From: Octopus bimaculoides
Taxonomy: Eukaryota
Direction: 5' to 3'
Assembly (NCBI RefSeq): GCF_001194135.2
Contig: NC_068997.1
Span: forward strand, 42,895,972-42,939,114
Length of the DNA stretch: 43,143 nt
The position numbers were made by a program, and so were the translations under genes. This document shows, in pieces, positions 24,695 through 36,885 of this stretch (positions are counted from its first letter, which is position 1; each line of letters starts with the position of its first letter). The notes under the pieces are model-generated. The model searched no databases, was not told the origin of the DNA, and was given only the letters and a program-made list of their open reading frames with translations.

Positions 24695-25784
24695 GTGTGT
24701 TGATGGACGATTATACAGTATGGTCCTTCTGAAATTTTGAAATTTAAATTTTTATTGACAACTTTAGTTCTGTATATGATGAATTACAGAGAATTTTGTA
24801 TATATCTACTTTATCATCATTAGCCCTACTGCAAATTGTTATCATATAAAAACACACGCATAATATATATATTTTTTACATTATAATATGTGAGTGTGTA
24901 TGCATACATGTATGTGCGTAGAAATAGACTTCCGATTAAACACACATTTTGATGCCTATAAAACTCCGAGTAATGACTTCTTTAATATCAACTCACACAC
25001 ACACACACATACACACACACACACACGCACTCACACACGTACACACATATACATACACACTCTCTCACAGAAACAGACACACACACACATACACCATACA
25101 CACACACACACATACACCATACACACACACACACACACACACATACACAAACATGAACCATGTTCTTAATTGTCAAGATATCGGAATTCCTAGCATTAGG
25201 ATATCTTCTACTTTGTTTTTTTTATTATTGAAAGTTATTGTAAATCAGAATCACATGACTTCAAGCACCACTACCGCCACCAGCACCAACAAAAACAACA
25301 GCAACCTCACCCCCTCCCGCACACATATACACAAGTGTTATATTGTAAAAGCCAATGAGATTAAGATCATATTACACTTTTCTCGTATTATTGTTAGTAG
25401 CCGAGAAATAACAAACAGGTTTTATAAATGATCACCGAAAGTGAGGGAGAGAGAGAGAGAGAGAGGGGAGAGAGGGAGGGAGGGAGAAAGGGATAGAGAG
25501 AGAGAGGGGGGAGAGGGAGGGAGGGAGAAAGGGATAGAGAGAGCGAGAGATTGTGTGTGTGAGTGAGAGTGTAAGAGAGTGGGGGAGTCTCATAAATATA
25601 TAAGCATACTGCATAAGGCATAGTGTGATAGGGCGATCTAGTTGGTATGTTTGTTTTTTGTTGTTGTTCTTGTGATTCTGTTGTTGTTGTTGTTGTTGTT
25701 ATTGTTGTTGTTGTCGTTACTGTTACTGTTGTTGGCGTTATATTTTTGTTATGGTTGGTGTATTCATTGTAGCTTTTGTAATGA

Positions 25785-26545
25785 TTGTTTCTGATTCACA
25801 AAACGCACGGCAAAAGACATTCAAATCATGATTACACTGTTTTTGCAAAATTGTCCGTCATTTAAGATGGCAGGAGGGCAAGGGATATAAAGGAATGTTG
25901 GTGCTATTTCTAGCGGGTCGAGCTATCATGCACAAGACTCTACGTTTGTTGTTGTAACAGTAGTTGTTGTTTAAACCAAGCTTGCTACTGTTTGACTTGT
26001 CCCTACGATCAAAGACGTTTCCGTTGCGACCATTAGGTCTAGTTTTTCAGACATATCCAATGTGACTTCTTTTCAAGACTGCAGGCTGTGATTTAAGGTG
26101 ATCGTGCAACTATTTCTAGCACAAAGTGGCTTCTTTGTTGTTCCGATGTAACAGTCATTGTTGTTTAGCCCCAAGATTACAATAAAGATTAGACATGATC
26201 AACGGTATTCCAGTCGCTGTAGCCATCCCTTATTCATATCTTCTACTATATTAACCAGTGTGTCCTTCCCTTTTTAAGATAGTACAATGTGATTAGGAGA
26301 CTTTGACTGCTATTTCTTGCAGAACAAGCAATTAAAACAGAGTAACTCCTCCACTGTCTCGTTGTAGTAATCAGGTTGATGTTTAGCTCCTAATTCAGAT
26401 CCGATAGAGTTTACATATGACGAAAACATTTTAACCGTGACCATCTCGTCTTATTTTAAGGGACTAATACGTAACTTCTCTTCCAAGACGGTAAGGTGTA
26501 ATTTGATGGAGATTTCACTGAAATTTCTTTCCGAGTAGAGTAGTG
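25785..26545 (+). repeat. four diverged tandem copies of an approx. 200-bp unit
   Basis: Landmarks ttgtttag(c/a)cc, (g)accat, aagac(g/t)g/aagatgg and ctatttct recur at about 25904, 26110, 26310 and 26521. Confidence 0.7.
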
Positions 26546-26638
26546 GTGCTTAACCTGCTAGTTTTTTTGTATCGCCTCCCCCACCCCATTCGCATTTAAG
26601 TAGTTGTTATGCTTTGCGCCCATCTAAGTGGCGAGTGA

Positions 26639-26957
26639 GGTAAAGACCCCCTTCGGTCATGAATGACCATGGGATCGCTCCTGGAAAGTGACAAGTCAGG
26701 GCAAAGTTGTTTTTTTAATGGAAGACCAGAAGTCGCCCATGCATACCAGCTTCCCTACTCCACGCCACAGAGAAAAGCAAACGCTGATACAGCTTGTCAC
26801 TAGTGACGTTGTAACTCATTCTTATAGCTGAGCGAACTGGAACAACGTGTAGTAAAGTGTCTTGCTCAAGAACACAACACTGCCCGGTCCGGGAATACGA
26901 ACTCACTACCTCATTATTGTGAGCCCGATACTCTAACCACTGAGCCAGAGGCCTTCA
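26639..26957 (-). mobile_element. family-D tRNA-derived SINE with CORE-like central domain, full length
   Basis: Reverse complement shows A-box tggctcagtgg, B-box gagttcgtattcc, then cttgagcaagacacttt...ccagttcgctcagct and tail ...ggggtctttacc. Confidence 0.88.
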
Positions 26958-29362
26958 AACCCTTTTAAACTGTACAGATGATTTGTAAATTTTACTCTAA
27001 AAATAGATTGTATAAGCTTTTAACTGTGAAATGATAAAAATATTTAATGAAGACAAAAGTTGTACATTTACTTATATATTGCAGCTTCGAGACTTTTCTT
27101 TGCCTGATGAAATCTCATTTTATTTTAATAACTATTACCGGTTTTATCATGTATAATGTAATTACTACTATAGGTTAAATTTAGGCGNNNNNNNNNNNNN
27201 NNNNNNNNNNNNNNNNNNNNNNNNNNNNNNNNNNNNNNNNNNNNNNNNNNNNNNNNNNNNNNNNNNNNNNNNNNNNNNNNNNNNNNNNNNNNNNNNNNNN
27301 NNNNNNNNNNNNNNNNNNNNNNNNNNNNNNNNNNNNNNNNNNNNNNNNNNNNNNNNNNNNNNNNNNNNNNNNNNNNNNNNNNNNNNNNNNNNNNNNNNNN
27401 NNNNNNNNNNNNNNNNNNNNNNNNNNNNNNNNNNNNNNNNNNNNNNNNNNNNNNNNNNNNNNNNNNNNNNNNNNNNNNNNNNNNNNNNNNNNNNNNNNNN
27501 NNNNNNNNNNNNNNNNNNNNNNNNNNNNNNNNNNNNNNNNNNNNNNNNNNNNNNNNNNNNNNNNNNNNNNNNNNNNNNNNNNNNNNNNNNNNNNNNNNNN
27601 NNNNNNNNNNNNNNNNNNNNNNNNNNNNNNNNNNNNNNNNNNNNNNNNNNNNNNNNNNNNNNNNNNNNNNNNNNNNNNNNNNNNNNNNNNNNNNNNNNNN
27701 NNNNNNNNNNNNNNNNNNNNNNNNNNNNNNNNNNNNNNNNNNNNNNNNNNNNNNNNNNNNNCCCTTGCCATTCCCTAAAGCATAGCATGCTTCGACATGG
27801 TGAGGGTACCGCCTACGTCGAGAACCTCTCGAGTAGAGTTTCCTTCGCTTTTTTTTTTTATTCCTCTGGAGTAGAGTTTCCTTCAATGTGTCATTGCAGT
27901 AAGCTTGGTAGCAGTAGATATCTTTTTATCGAGTAGAATCTCGAATAAAAAAAATTCGAAAATAATAACATAGAGTTTGAAAAAGAGAAAGAAAATGAAT
28001 GCATCGGAAGGAGGAAATAGATTAAAGACAGTAATAAACAATTTTATAAATGAAGACAACGATATTTCTGATATTGCTGATAGTAAAACCAGTCGGAATA
28101 ATTTTACTAGTATCAGAAGAGGTCGATCGATAGAGATCGGCTCCCACGAAGAAAGAAACATGGGAAAGGTATATTACGTGAAACAGGGCTTTTTACCCAT
28201 GGAATACAATCAGGAGGAGAGTAATACATCTGTCGCACCAAAACCAATAGGCTTCAAATAGTTCGCAAAGAAACAGTTGGTAAAAATCCCAGTGATACTC
28301 CATTGATCGGAAACAACGGATGGAAGCGCTTACCTGCTCTTTAACGTCGAGAAAGAGTAAGGTCGATTATCAGCACATATCTACCCCCAGGCTTGTTCTG
28401 TAATATATAGGGAGACGAAATACAAGAGTGATGACCAGGATATAAGTTGTGATAATCACCGTCACCTTTGAGTCACTGTATTGGTGCAGAGGTAACATGA
28501 GGTAATAAAGCCATCACAGAATTGTATTTCATTGTAGATGCGGAAAGAAAAGCAATTAAAAAGGTAGTACAGAGAGAAAGCCCAGCTGCAACACGTTCGA
28601 CAAAGGTCATATGAAGGTTTGCTGCCCTGAGGAATAGAAAAGGCAGGAAAAGAAATATAGCTGCGGACAAAAGGCAGAGATATCATCATCGACAACAACC
28701 GACCTCGGAAGTGTACTGTTTCCATAGCTCCAAATGTTGCACCGACGAGGATAGTAAAATCTCAGTTCCAATCTCAGATCCAGGAGCTGATGGTTAGGAA
28801 AACGCGGAGCCGCTTTCAATAATACCAACCCATCATCTTGCGACAGGTGTAACCCGTCAGAGGTAGAGAGGAATAGGGAGCCTTCGGGAATACCCAGAAA
28901 AAGAAATAGAAAGTATCATACAGAAGGGGACGTTCGACTTAAAGTTCAAAGATAAGTAAGACGTATCACCTTAGATGGCATGAAATTCTCAGTTCTTAGA
29001 ATTGCCTATAAAAAACTGATGGATTAATGGATCACTTACTGATTGAGAAAGAAATATCGTTGTAGTTTTGTGGATCACTTAAATGATAGGCTGGTTGTGA
29101 AAATCCAAACAAACATCATATTAAGAACAAAATGGGAACTGCTTTGAGGAACTAGTTAATGTGAAGCAAGTTCAACAACAACAGTGCATCAAGAACACAC
29201 ATTATTAGGAGTCTCAAGTTTCGATGCCATAAGTGAAACGTAATCAAGGTCGTGGGATGCGTTGAAATAAATGGTAGCTTCTCAACTGCGTGTAAGTGGT
29301 CGGTGGTTTTTCTTATTTGTTTTTATTTATATTCAATTATTTAATTTATATAGGGTAAACGT

Positions 29363-29640
29363 GTAAAGGGTAAAGGCCCTCTTCGGTCATGAATGATCAT
29401 GAGATTGCACATAGACACTTACCCTTCGGGGCCCAGGTCCGGGTATAGTTGTTTATGGAAGACCAGCAGTCGCCCATGCATTCCAGCTTCTCTCCACGTC
29501 TCTGATGATATCCAATGGAAAGGCAGATACAAATTGGCACCAGTGACGTCGCAACTCATTTCTACAGTTGAGTGAACTAGAAGAACGTGAAATAAAGTGT
29601 CTTGTAAAATCGACCCTGCAACCACTGAGCTATACGCCTT
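29363..29640 (-). mobile_element. family-D SINE, second copy, head partly deleted, (CCTTTA)n tail
   Basis: Co-linear with 26639-26957 (cttcggtcatgaatga, atggaagaccagcagtcgcccatgca, gtgacgt). Confidence 0.85.
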
Positions 29641-29792
29641 AATATATNNNNNNNNNNNNNNNNNNNNNNNNNNNNNNNNNNNNNNNNNNNNNNNNNNNNN
29701 NNNNNNNNNNNNNNNNNNNNNNNNNNNNNNNNNNNNNNNNNNNNNNNNNNNNNNNNNNNNNNNNNNNNNNNNNNNNNNNNNNNNNNNNNNNN

Positions 29793-30000
29793 TATATATA
29801 TTATTATGATTGACCGTTGACTGAACACTATTCAATTTTTTTTCTCCGTGTTTTTCTCCTTGTCTCCGTATTCTTTCTGTTGAAGAGCGTAGCTCGAAAC
29901 GTCAAAGACTTTCCGTATTCCCGAGCGTTATACTAATATATACTTTTGTTATTTACACCACCTGTCCTCGTCTGTTGTTATTTTTTGTATATTCTCCCAT
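29793..30000 (+). mobile_element. Penelope-type terminal-repeat fragment between (TA)n tracts
   Basis: Carries the CTG..GAAGAG...CTCGAAACGTC hammerhead signature typical of PLE pseudo-LTRs. No ORF. Confidence 0.6.
29872..29908 (+). ncRNA. minimal type-I hammerhead ribozyme fold (A6U variant)
   Basis: UCUUU-CUGUUGA-A-GAGC(GUA)GCUC-GAAA-C-G-UC-AAAGA: 5-bp stem I, 4-bp stem II, ACGU palindromic stem III, GUC cleavage triplet. Confidence 0.7.
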
Positions 30001-30045
30001 ATATATAAATATATATATACATATACATATATATACACATACAGA

Positions 30046-30046
30046 A

Positions 30047-30100
<54 letters not shown>
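30046..30100. repeat. (ATT)n microsatellite
   Basis: Directly visible. Confidence 0.95.
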
Positions 30101-31955
30101 GCTGTCGTTGTCCTTATTGTTGAGGATGTTGTTTATGAATTTGTTGTTGGTGAATTGTGAATTGGGGAAAATGATATAGTGGCTTGCGTTATTTAGTCAC
30201 GACCCTTTAAGTTTCGAGTTCAAATCTCGGTCAGTTCAGCTTCATCTTTGATCCGCTTAGCGTCGGTAAAACAAAATACCAATCAAATACGGTTTTGATT
30301 TTACACAAAATAAAAAAAAAAAATGAATAAATAAATAAAAAGCACGCGACTGTTTTCGGATCGAAGAAGCCATTACTATTAGTATTGGTTGTTATTGTTG
30401 CTAAATTCGTCAGTGACTCGAAAACTAACAGAAAGATTGAAATAATGTAAACACATACAACAAAGCCTTGCTGAACAAAAATTGAAATATATCACGGGGA
30501 TATTGCATGAAATTTATATGAAGTTATTTTACTATATTGTAGTTTTAAATTATAGCTTGATTCCAGATAGCACGAGATCGTCACTACCACTACCACTACC
30601 AACACCATCATCATCACCATTACCTTTGCCCGCAGAAACCAAGAATAACAACGATAATAACCATAATGATAATAATTATTATTATTGTTATCATTATTAG
30701 TGTTATTATTGTTAGCTATATTTTGTACATTTAATTCATCTGTGAGGGTATGTATGTTCTCCTAAAGATATGGTATCTTACTCTTACTGATTATATGTAT
30801 GTATGTATATATATATATATNNNNNNNNNNNNNNNNNNNNNNNNNNNNNNNNNNNNNNNNNNNNNNNNNNNNNNNNNNNNNNNNNNNNNNNNNNNNNNNN
30901 NNNNNNNNNNNNNNNNNNNNNNNNNNNNNNNNNNNNNNNNNNNNNNNNNNNNNNNNNNNNNNNNNNNNNNNNNNNNNNNNNNNNNNNNNNNNNNNNNNNN
31001 NNNNNNNNNNNNNNNNNNNNNNNNNNNNNNNNNNNNNNNNNNNNNNNNNNNNNNNNNNNNNNNNNNNNNNNNNNNNNNNNNNNNNNNNNNNNNNNNNNNN
31101 NNNNNNNNNNNNNNNNNNNNNNNNNNNNNNNNNNNNNNNNNNNNNNNNNNNNNNNNNNNNNNNNNNNNNNNNNNNNNNNNNNNNNNNNNNNNNNNNNNNN
31201 NNNNNNNNNNNNNNNNNNNNNNNNNNNNNNNNNNNNNNNNNNNNNNNNNNNNNNNNNNNNTATATATATATATATATATATATATATGCATATATATAAG
31301 TATATATAATCATATGCATATATATGCATCAATCTATTCGTTTCCCTCTTTCTCTCTCGCTCTCTCAGTATATATATATATATATATGTGTATATAGAGA
31401 AAGAGAGAGAGAAAGAGAGAGAGAAGGAGAGAGTGATATAAACAAATACAAGGAAATATTTGTATATCTATACTTATAATTTCATATAAAATTGTAAGAA
31501 TTAGAAAGAATCTTAAATATTACTTATTTTCTTGCGCTGTAGTAGTAGTAGTCGTAGTGGTGGTAATGGTGGTGGTGGTGATGGTGGTGGTTTCGGTGGA
31601 ACAGTGTTACTTTGGTCGATTATATGCTGTATGTGGTGGTTCGAAGTGGAGTGCTGTGTTAATGCTGAAGGCAATTTCTATACAGAGGTGGTCCTGGTAG
31701 TGGTATGGTTGTAGTGGCTGTGGTGTTGTTGATAGTGGTGATTGAGCATGTGTTGTGGTCGGGGATATAGTTGTAGAAATGTACATGGAGATGTTTAGGT
31801 GGGTGGTTGTGTTGGATGGTTCTGTGGAAAATAGTGGTTGACCATTAAATGGATTGTTTGATGATGAGAGATAAGATTGCAATTTATACATAGGTTGGTG
31901 GTTAGCAACACATTGCAATGCATACACAAACACACACACACACACACACACACAT

Positions 31956-31989
<34 letters not shown>

Positions 31990-32190
31990 TGCTTACAGAA
32001 ATGGACTTGCATAAATATATACGTTTATGCGTGTATTCATACAAATGTACAAATGGAAAAATCGTATGTGTATATATGTATGTATGGAAGGGCTGTGAAT
32101 TTACTTGTGTACATGTGTTTTTTTTTGTGTATATATATATATATTTGTATGAAATCTCATTAGATGTACAATACATGCATGCATACATAC

Positions 32191-32226
<36 letters not shown>

Positions 32227-32675
32227 NNNNNNNNNNNNNNNNNNNNNNNNNNNNNNNNNNNNNNNNNNNNNNNNNNNNNNNNNNNNNNNNNNNNNNNNNN
32301 NNNNNNNNNNNNNNNNNNNNNNNNNNNNNNNNNNNNNNNNNNNNNNNNNNNNNNNNNNNNNNNNNNNNNNNNNNNNNNNNNNNNNNNNNNNNNNNNNNNN
32401 NNNNNNNNNNNNNNNNNNNNNNNNNNNNNNNNNNNNNNNNNNNNNNNNNNNNNNNNNNNNNNNNNNNNNNNNNNNNNNNNNNNNNNNNNNNNNNNNNNNN
32501 NNNNNNNNNNNNNNNNNNNNNNNNNNNNNNNNNNNNNNNNNNNNNNNNNNNNNNNNNNNNNNNNNNNNNNNNNNNNNNNNNNNNNNNNNNNNNNNNNNNN
32601 NNNNNNATATAGTAATAATTTTATCTTTACACCCTTCTACATAGAAGCAGTGAATGATAAAGAGGAATGAGAAAG

Positions 32676-32728
<53 letters not shown>

Positions 32729-32814
32729 TGGAGGTGGTGTGAGAAAGTATAGGAAAAGTATATGAGATTGTATCCAATACACAGACATATTATGAACACT
32801 GCTTTTAATCTTAC

Positions 32815-32930
32815 TGCGAACGCTGCAACGAATTGGAGATATGATAGGCAGTTAAAATCAAATTTCTGGTGATCCTCTTTTAGTTCGCTGACATTAAACT
32901 GGGTAGCTGTCGTTCGATATAACGGCATAG
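32815..32930 (-). CDS. candidate exon (A)MPLYRTTATQFNVSELKEDHQKFDFNCLSYLQFVAAFA, unknown protein
   Basis: Acceptor ggttttatatctagctag|, strong donor GCA|gtaaga, 38 open codons. Could instead be a first exon, since CCGGAAGT lies at about 32947. Confidence 0.35.
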
Positions 32931-33323
32931 CTAGCTAGATATAAAACCGGAAGTAACAGTGTCAGCCATTTTGTTAGTTAGCTTATTGTTTGTATATTTT
33001 CATTCATTTATAGTGTTACTATTTTACTAGTTCTAACTAGAAGGCTGTCGCCACATTGGAGCGCTGCAATATAGTAATAAGTTTGAATTAGTTTTATTAT
33101 CCATTTCCGGCATTATCTACAGCTGTGTACACTATACCTTACCGGAAATGAAACACAATGCAAGGAGTTTTGCATATCAATACCTTCTTTTTGTTCTAAT
33201 TATTTTATCTAACTAGATTTATTAAACTAGTCTTCAATGTCTTAATGTAGGACGGAATGAAACTTTTGATGTATTGAATTAAAGAAACAGTTTCAAATCT
33301 CGGTTGGAAACTTTTGTGTTTAC

Positions 33324-33374
33324 CTGAACACCAAATGGTAAATGCATAATCGCCACCATATTCAGTTCCTTCTA
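33324..33374 (-). CDS. candidate exon (V)EGTEYGGDYAFTIWCS, phase 1->1
   Basis: Acceptor ctgtttattacatcag|, donor CAG|gtaaac. Phase-compatible with 32815-32930. Confidence 0.35.
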
Positions 33375-35471
33375 CTGATGTAATAAACAGCTTATGCAAA
33401 ATCAAGAGAAACTGATATTTCACTAATTTTAGTTTTTAGAGAGGAATACAGAATATTATTGCATGCTTGGAATCCAGCGAAGTCAACTTTATTTGTAATC
33501 TTAATAGGCTTCTCTTAATAGTGAATTATATCCACCAATTATTTCGAAAGATTCTGAAACATAAATGATAACCTAAAAGTTTAGCATATTCTTCTTTTTT
33601 TTTTACAGTTTTACATCAATATTTTCTTGGCGTAGATAAAGAGAACGTGACTGATATTGTATGACTTCTTGTGCGTTTACCTTTCGCACATTTTCCAATT
33701 ATACTGTAAAGACATACTCTCTTAGTATTTATTGGGCAAATGTATATAACACATTTAAGATATGTAATAAAAGTGCTAACGAAGGGTTCTTAAACAGAAT
33801 GCTGATGACATGACAAAATCAGAGGAAATCTATTCACACTGATGTTGACATTACCGTTCATCATTCCTGGGTAAAAAGAAAAAAATCCGAACCATTCACA
33901 ACCAAAAATCTAACCACCCTCACGATAGCGGAGCCTACTTTCTCGAAAATATTCAGATGAAGTCCAAGATTTGAAAGTAGCACATTGTTTTAACAGTGTG
34001 TCCTGTCTACTTTTTCTTCAGTGTGGAATCTCAGTTTATCAAAGAGTACTTGTGAAAATGGTTTCCCATTGGAAACTTAGTCATGTAAGAATCACATTAG
34101 CACGTTTCCCCTATAAACTGACATAGCTAACAAACTCGCATTCTGTTATTTCACAGTTTGGTTCTGATACCCTTAATAAGCTCAAGTATTACGTAGGGAT
34201 CTTTCACGTGACACCCAAGTATTGAGTCCATTATGCTCAACTATGATCACCTCAAAAAATGTGTAGGACGGTTTGATCTAAACTAGAAATTATTAGTACA
34301 GATCTAAATGCAAAGATAATGTTAAGTGTTTTTCAGTGAATAAGTCCTCGTGAGAACCGAGTCCACAATCATCTTTCTATTCCCGATGGGGATCATCCTA
34401 CAATATAGATATATAGGTCAAGTAATCTGCCACTTCTATTATTATAATAAATAATTTGTTTGACACACTATTTTCTGAGTGCTAATCGGAACGATACAAA
34501 TCATATTTTGTTCAATTACGATTTCTATCGCCGCAGAATATTATTAACTGTAACTTTATGATGGTATTTACTGATCTAAATAGAAAAAAAAAGCAAACTG
34601 TCTGTGCGTACGTATATAACAGATGTTTCTCTATTCTGTATGTGTGTGTGCGCGCGCACCGTATGTGTGAGTTTGTTTTTGATATTCATGTGTGAGCTTG
34701 AGTGTGTTCGTGGCACTTTCATACTCCTTCGCTCTCATTCACATACGTACATGATGTGTGTGAGTGTGTGTGTGTGTGTGTGTGCGTGTGTGTCTGCACG
34801 TATACATATATACATGTATATAAACGTATGTATACATATAGACATACCTATATGCATATATTTATATATATATGCATATGTATGTATGCATGTATGTATG
34901 TATCTGTACGTGTTTCATACCTTAATTGGTTTTCTGCGTGTACTGCCAAATGTGCAGTATATATATGTGCGTGTTTGTTGGTGTATATTTGTATATGAAT
35001 ATATGCATGCGTATATGCGCTTATATATATATGATATATGTATGTATATATGTGTGTGTGGGGGGTGTAACTGGGTGGTTATTGTGTTATGTATTAGTAT
35101 TTGCGTATGTATATATATGTATATACATATACATACATGTGCGTGTGCATGTGTGTGCATGTATGTGTATGTGTGAATGCGTATGTATGTATGTAAACAC
35201 GCACGCACATAAATATACTTAATTAAAAATCTGTAGAAATATAAGGGAGATAAATTTATTTATTAATTTTCTTCTTATTTAACTAAAAACTATTACAACT
35301 ATGTTTTTGTTCGACAAATATGCCTATGTCATTTCTTTGCCATTTCCTCTTTACACTACCCTGTGAACACCATCAATTCTCTTTTTCATGCTAAAGTTAC
35401 CTCACTGACCTTAATTAACTGCCTTTAGTTAACTGCTTTCTGTGTGTAGCTCCATATATCTCCTCCCCACC

Positions 35472-35672
35472 TGGCATTCCGTCAGTTACGACGACGACTG
35501 TTCCAGTTGATCCGATTAGCGGAACAGCATGCTCATGAAATTAAATTAAAGTGGCTGAGTACTATACAGATATGTGCACCCTTAACGCAGTTCTCACAGA
35601 ACGTGATAAAACTGGCCCTTTGAAATACAGGTATTACTCATTTTTGTCAGTTGAGTGAATTGGAGCAACGTT
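35472..35672 (-). mobile_element. family-C SINE body and tail, head missing
   Basis: ggcattccgtcagttacgacg...ttgatccgattagcggaac...actcatt...tgagtgaattggagcaacg. The right end shares the CORE-like segment with family D. Confidence 0.75.
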
Positions 35673-36005
35673 GATGAGATATGAGCCACTGATGTGAAAA
35701 TATGGAAGATATTGACTAGTTCAAATCATTTTCGTATCAACAGTCATGTAGTCTGTCTCTGTTCTTGACGAAAGCAAAAAAACAGAGGCTTAACATCAAC
35801 TGAGATTGCTTTTGTTTGCTATATATCATATCTCTTCACCAATGTCTTTTAACCACCATGTATCGAAATGAATTAAATGACCAAGTCTGGATACACGAAG
35901 TAGATAACTTTATGAGACTTGAAAAGCGACTCTTCGAGAAATATTCCCTGTTTGGTAACCTGGTATACCCAAAGAAGTTTCACGACTCTACTGTAACATG
36001 TCCTC

Positions 36006-36052
36006 AGCCTTGTGAGTGGATTTGGTAGACGGAAACTGAAAGAAGCCCGTCG

Positions 36053-36103
<51 letters not shown>

Positions 36104-36116
36104 NNNNNNNNNNNNN

Positions 36117-36165
<49 letters not shown>

Positions 36166-36379
36166 TTGTGTCTGTGTTTGTCGCCCCAACATCGCTTGAC
36201 AACCGATGCTGGTGTGTTTACGTCCCCGTAACATAGCAGTTCAGCAAAAGAGACCGATAGAATAAATACTAGGTTTACAAAGAATAAGTCCTGGGGTAGA
36301 TTTGCTCGACTAAAGGCGGTGCTCCAGCATGGCCACGGTCAAATGACTGAAACAAGTAAAAGAATAAAGAGTAAGAGTA
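36006..36379 (+). mobile_element. family-A SINE, 5'-truncated, with internal (TA)n(TG)n and (GAGTAA)-like tail
   Basis: agccttgtgagtggatttggtagacggaaactgaaagaagcccgtcg...gcggtgctccagcatggcc...gaaacaagtaaaagaataaagagtaagagta. Confidence 0.92.
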
Positions 36380-36380
36380 T

Positions 36381-36885
36381 GTACAGCAGACGAAATCAGG
36401 TGCCCAGCGGATGTCAACATGAAGTTAAAGATCAGCAAAAATAAAATACCTGCGCTAAACAATTGAGAAATTTGGAACTACTCCACAGGGAGTACAGGTT
36501 CGGGTTTATACCAGTAATTATTGGAGAACTAAGATATGTAACAAACCGCCTCAGTTTTAATGTTGAGATATTAGTCTTCTCAAAAATAGAAAGGGGAAAG
36601 GTAATTAGAAGAGTACAGATACAAGCTACCTTTGGAATTGTCAAAACATTAAATCCTTTAGCATATAAGTACATTTGCGTATATCTAGGTATGCAAATAT
36701 ATTTATTAGTATCCATACATGAAACAAAACATATAGAACAGCGCTTGCACTAACTCTAAATACTAGCACACACATAGAGATACATGTTTATCTAAGCTGT
36801 TGATGCTGCTGAAATTCCAATGAAGTGGCATTGAATATAGATTAGAAATCAGGTCTTTCTCTAATAGGAAAAAAATCTAGAAATG
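36381..36885 (+). mobile_element. RLE LINE 3' end with 3' UTR, copy 3 (frameshifted)
   Basis: EIRCPADVNMKLKISK then LRNLELLHREYRFGFIPVIIGELRYV...RRVQIQATFGIVKTL. Followed by a TACA/TGCA-rich tract. Confidence 0.8.

Noticed and set aside
8630-24796. Isolated microexon candidates (8630-8661 +, 14623-14643 +, about 12946-12991 -, 21633-21651 -, about 24767-24796 +)
   Set aside because: They have good splice dinucleotides but no consistent chain or recognisable peptide, as expected by chance at this composition.
26880-26957. tRNA gene-like A/B boxes (also at 11831, 21088 and 42791)
   Set aside because: No cloverleaf; each continues into a SINE body.
31540-31900. GGT/TAG-rich ORFs (Gly-rich on +, Thr/Pro-rich on -)
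   Set aside because: Degenerate trinucleotide low-complexity sequence.
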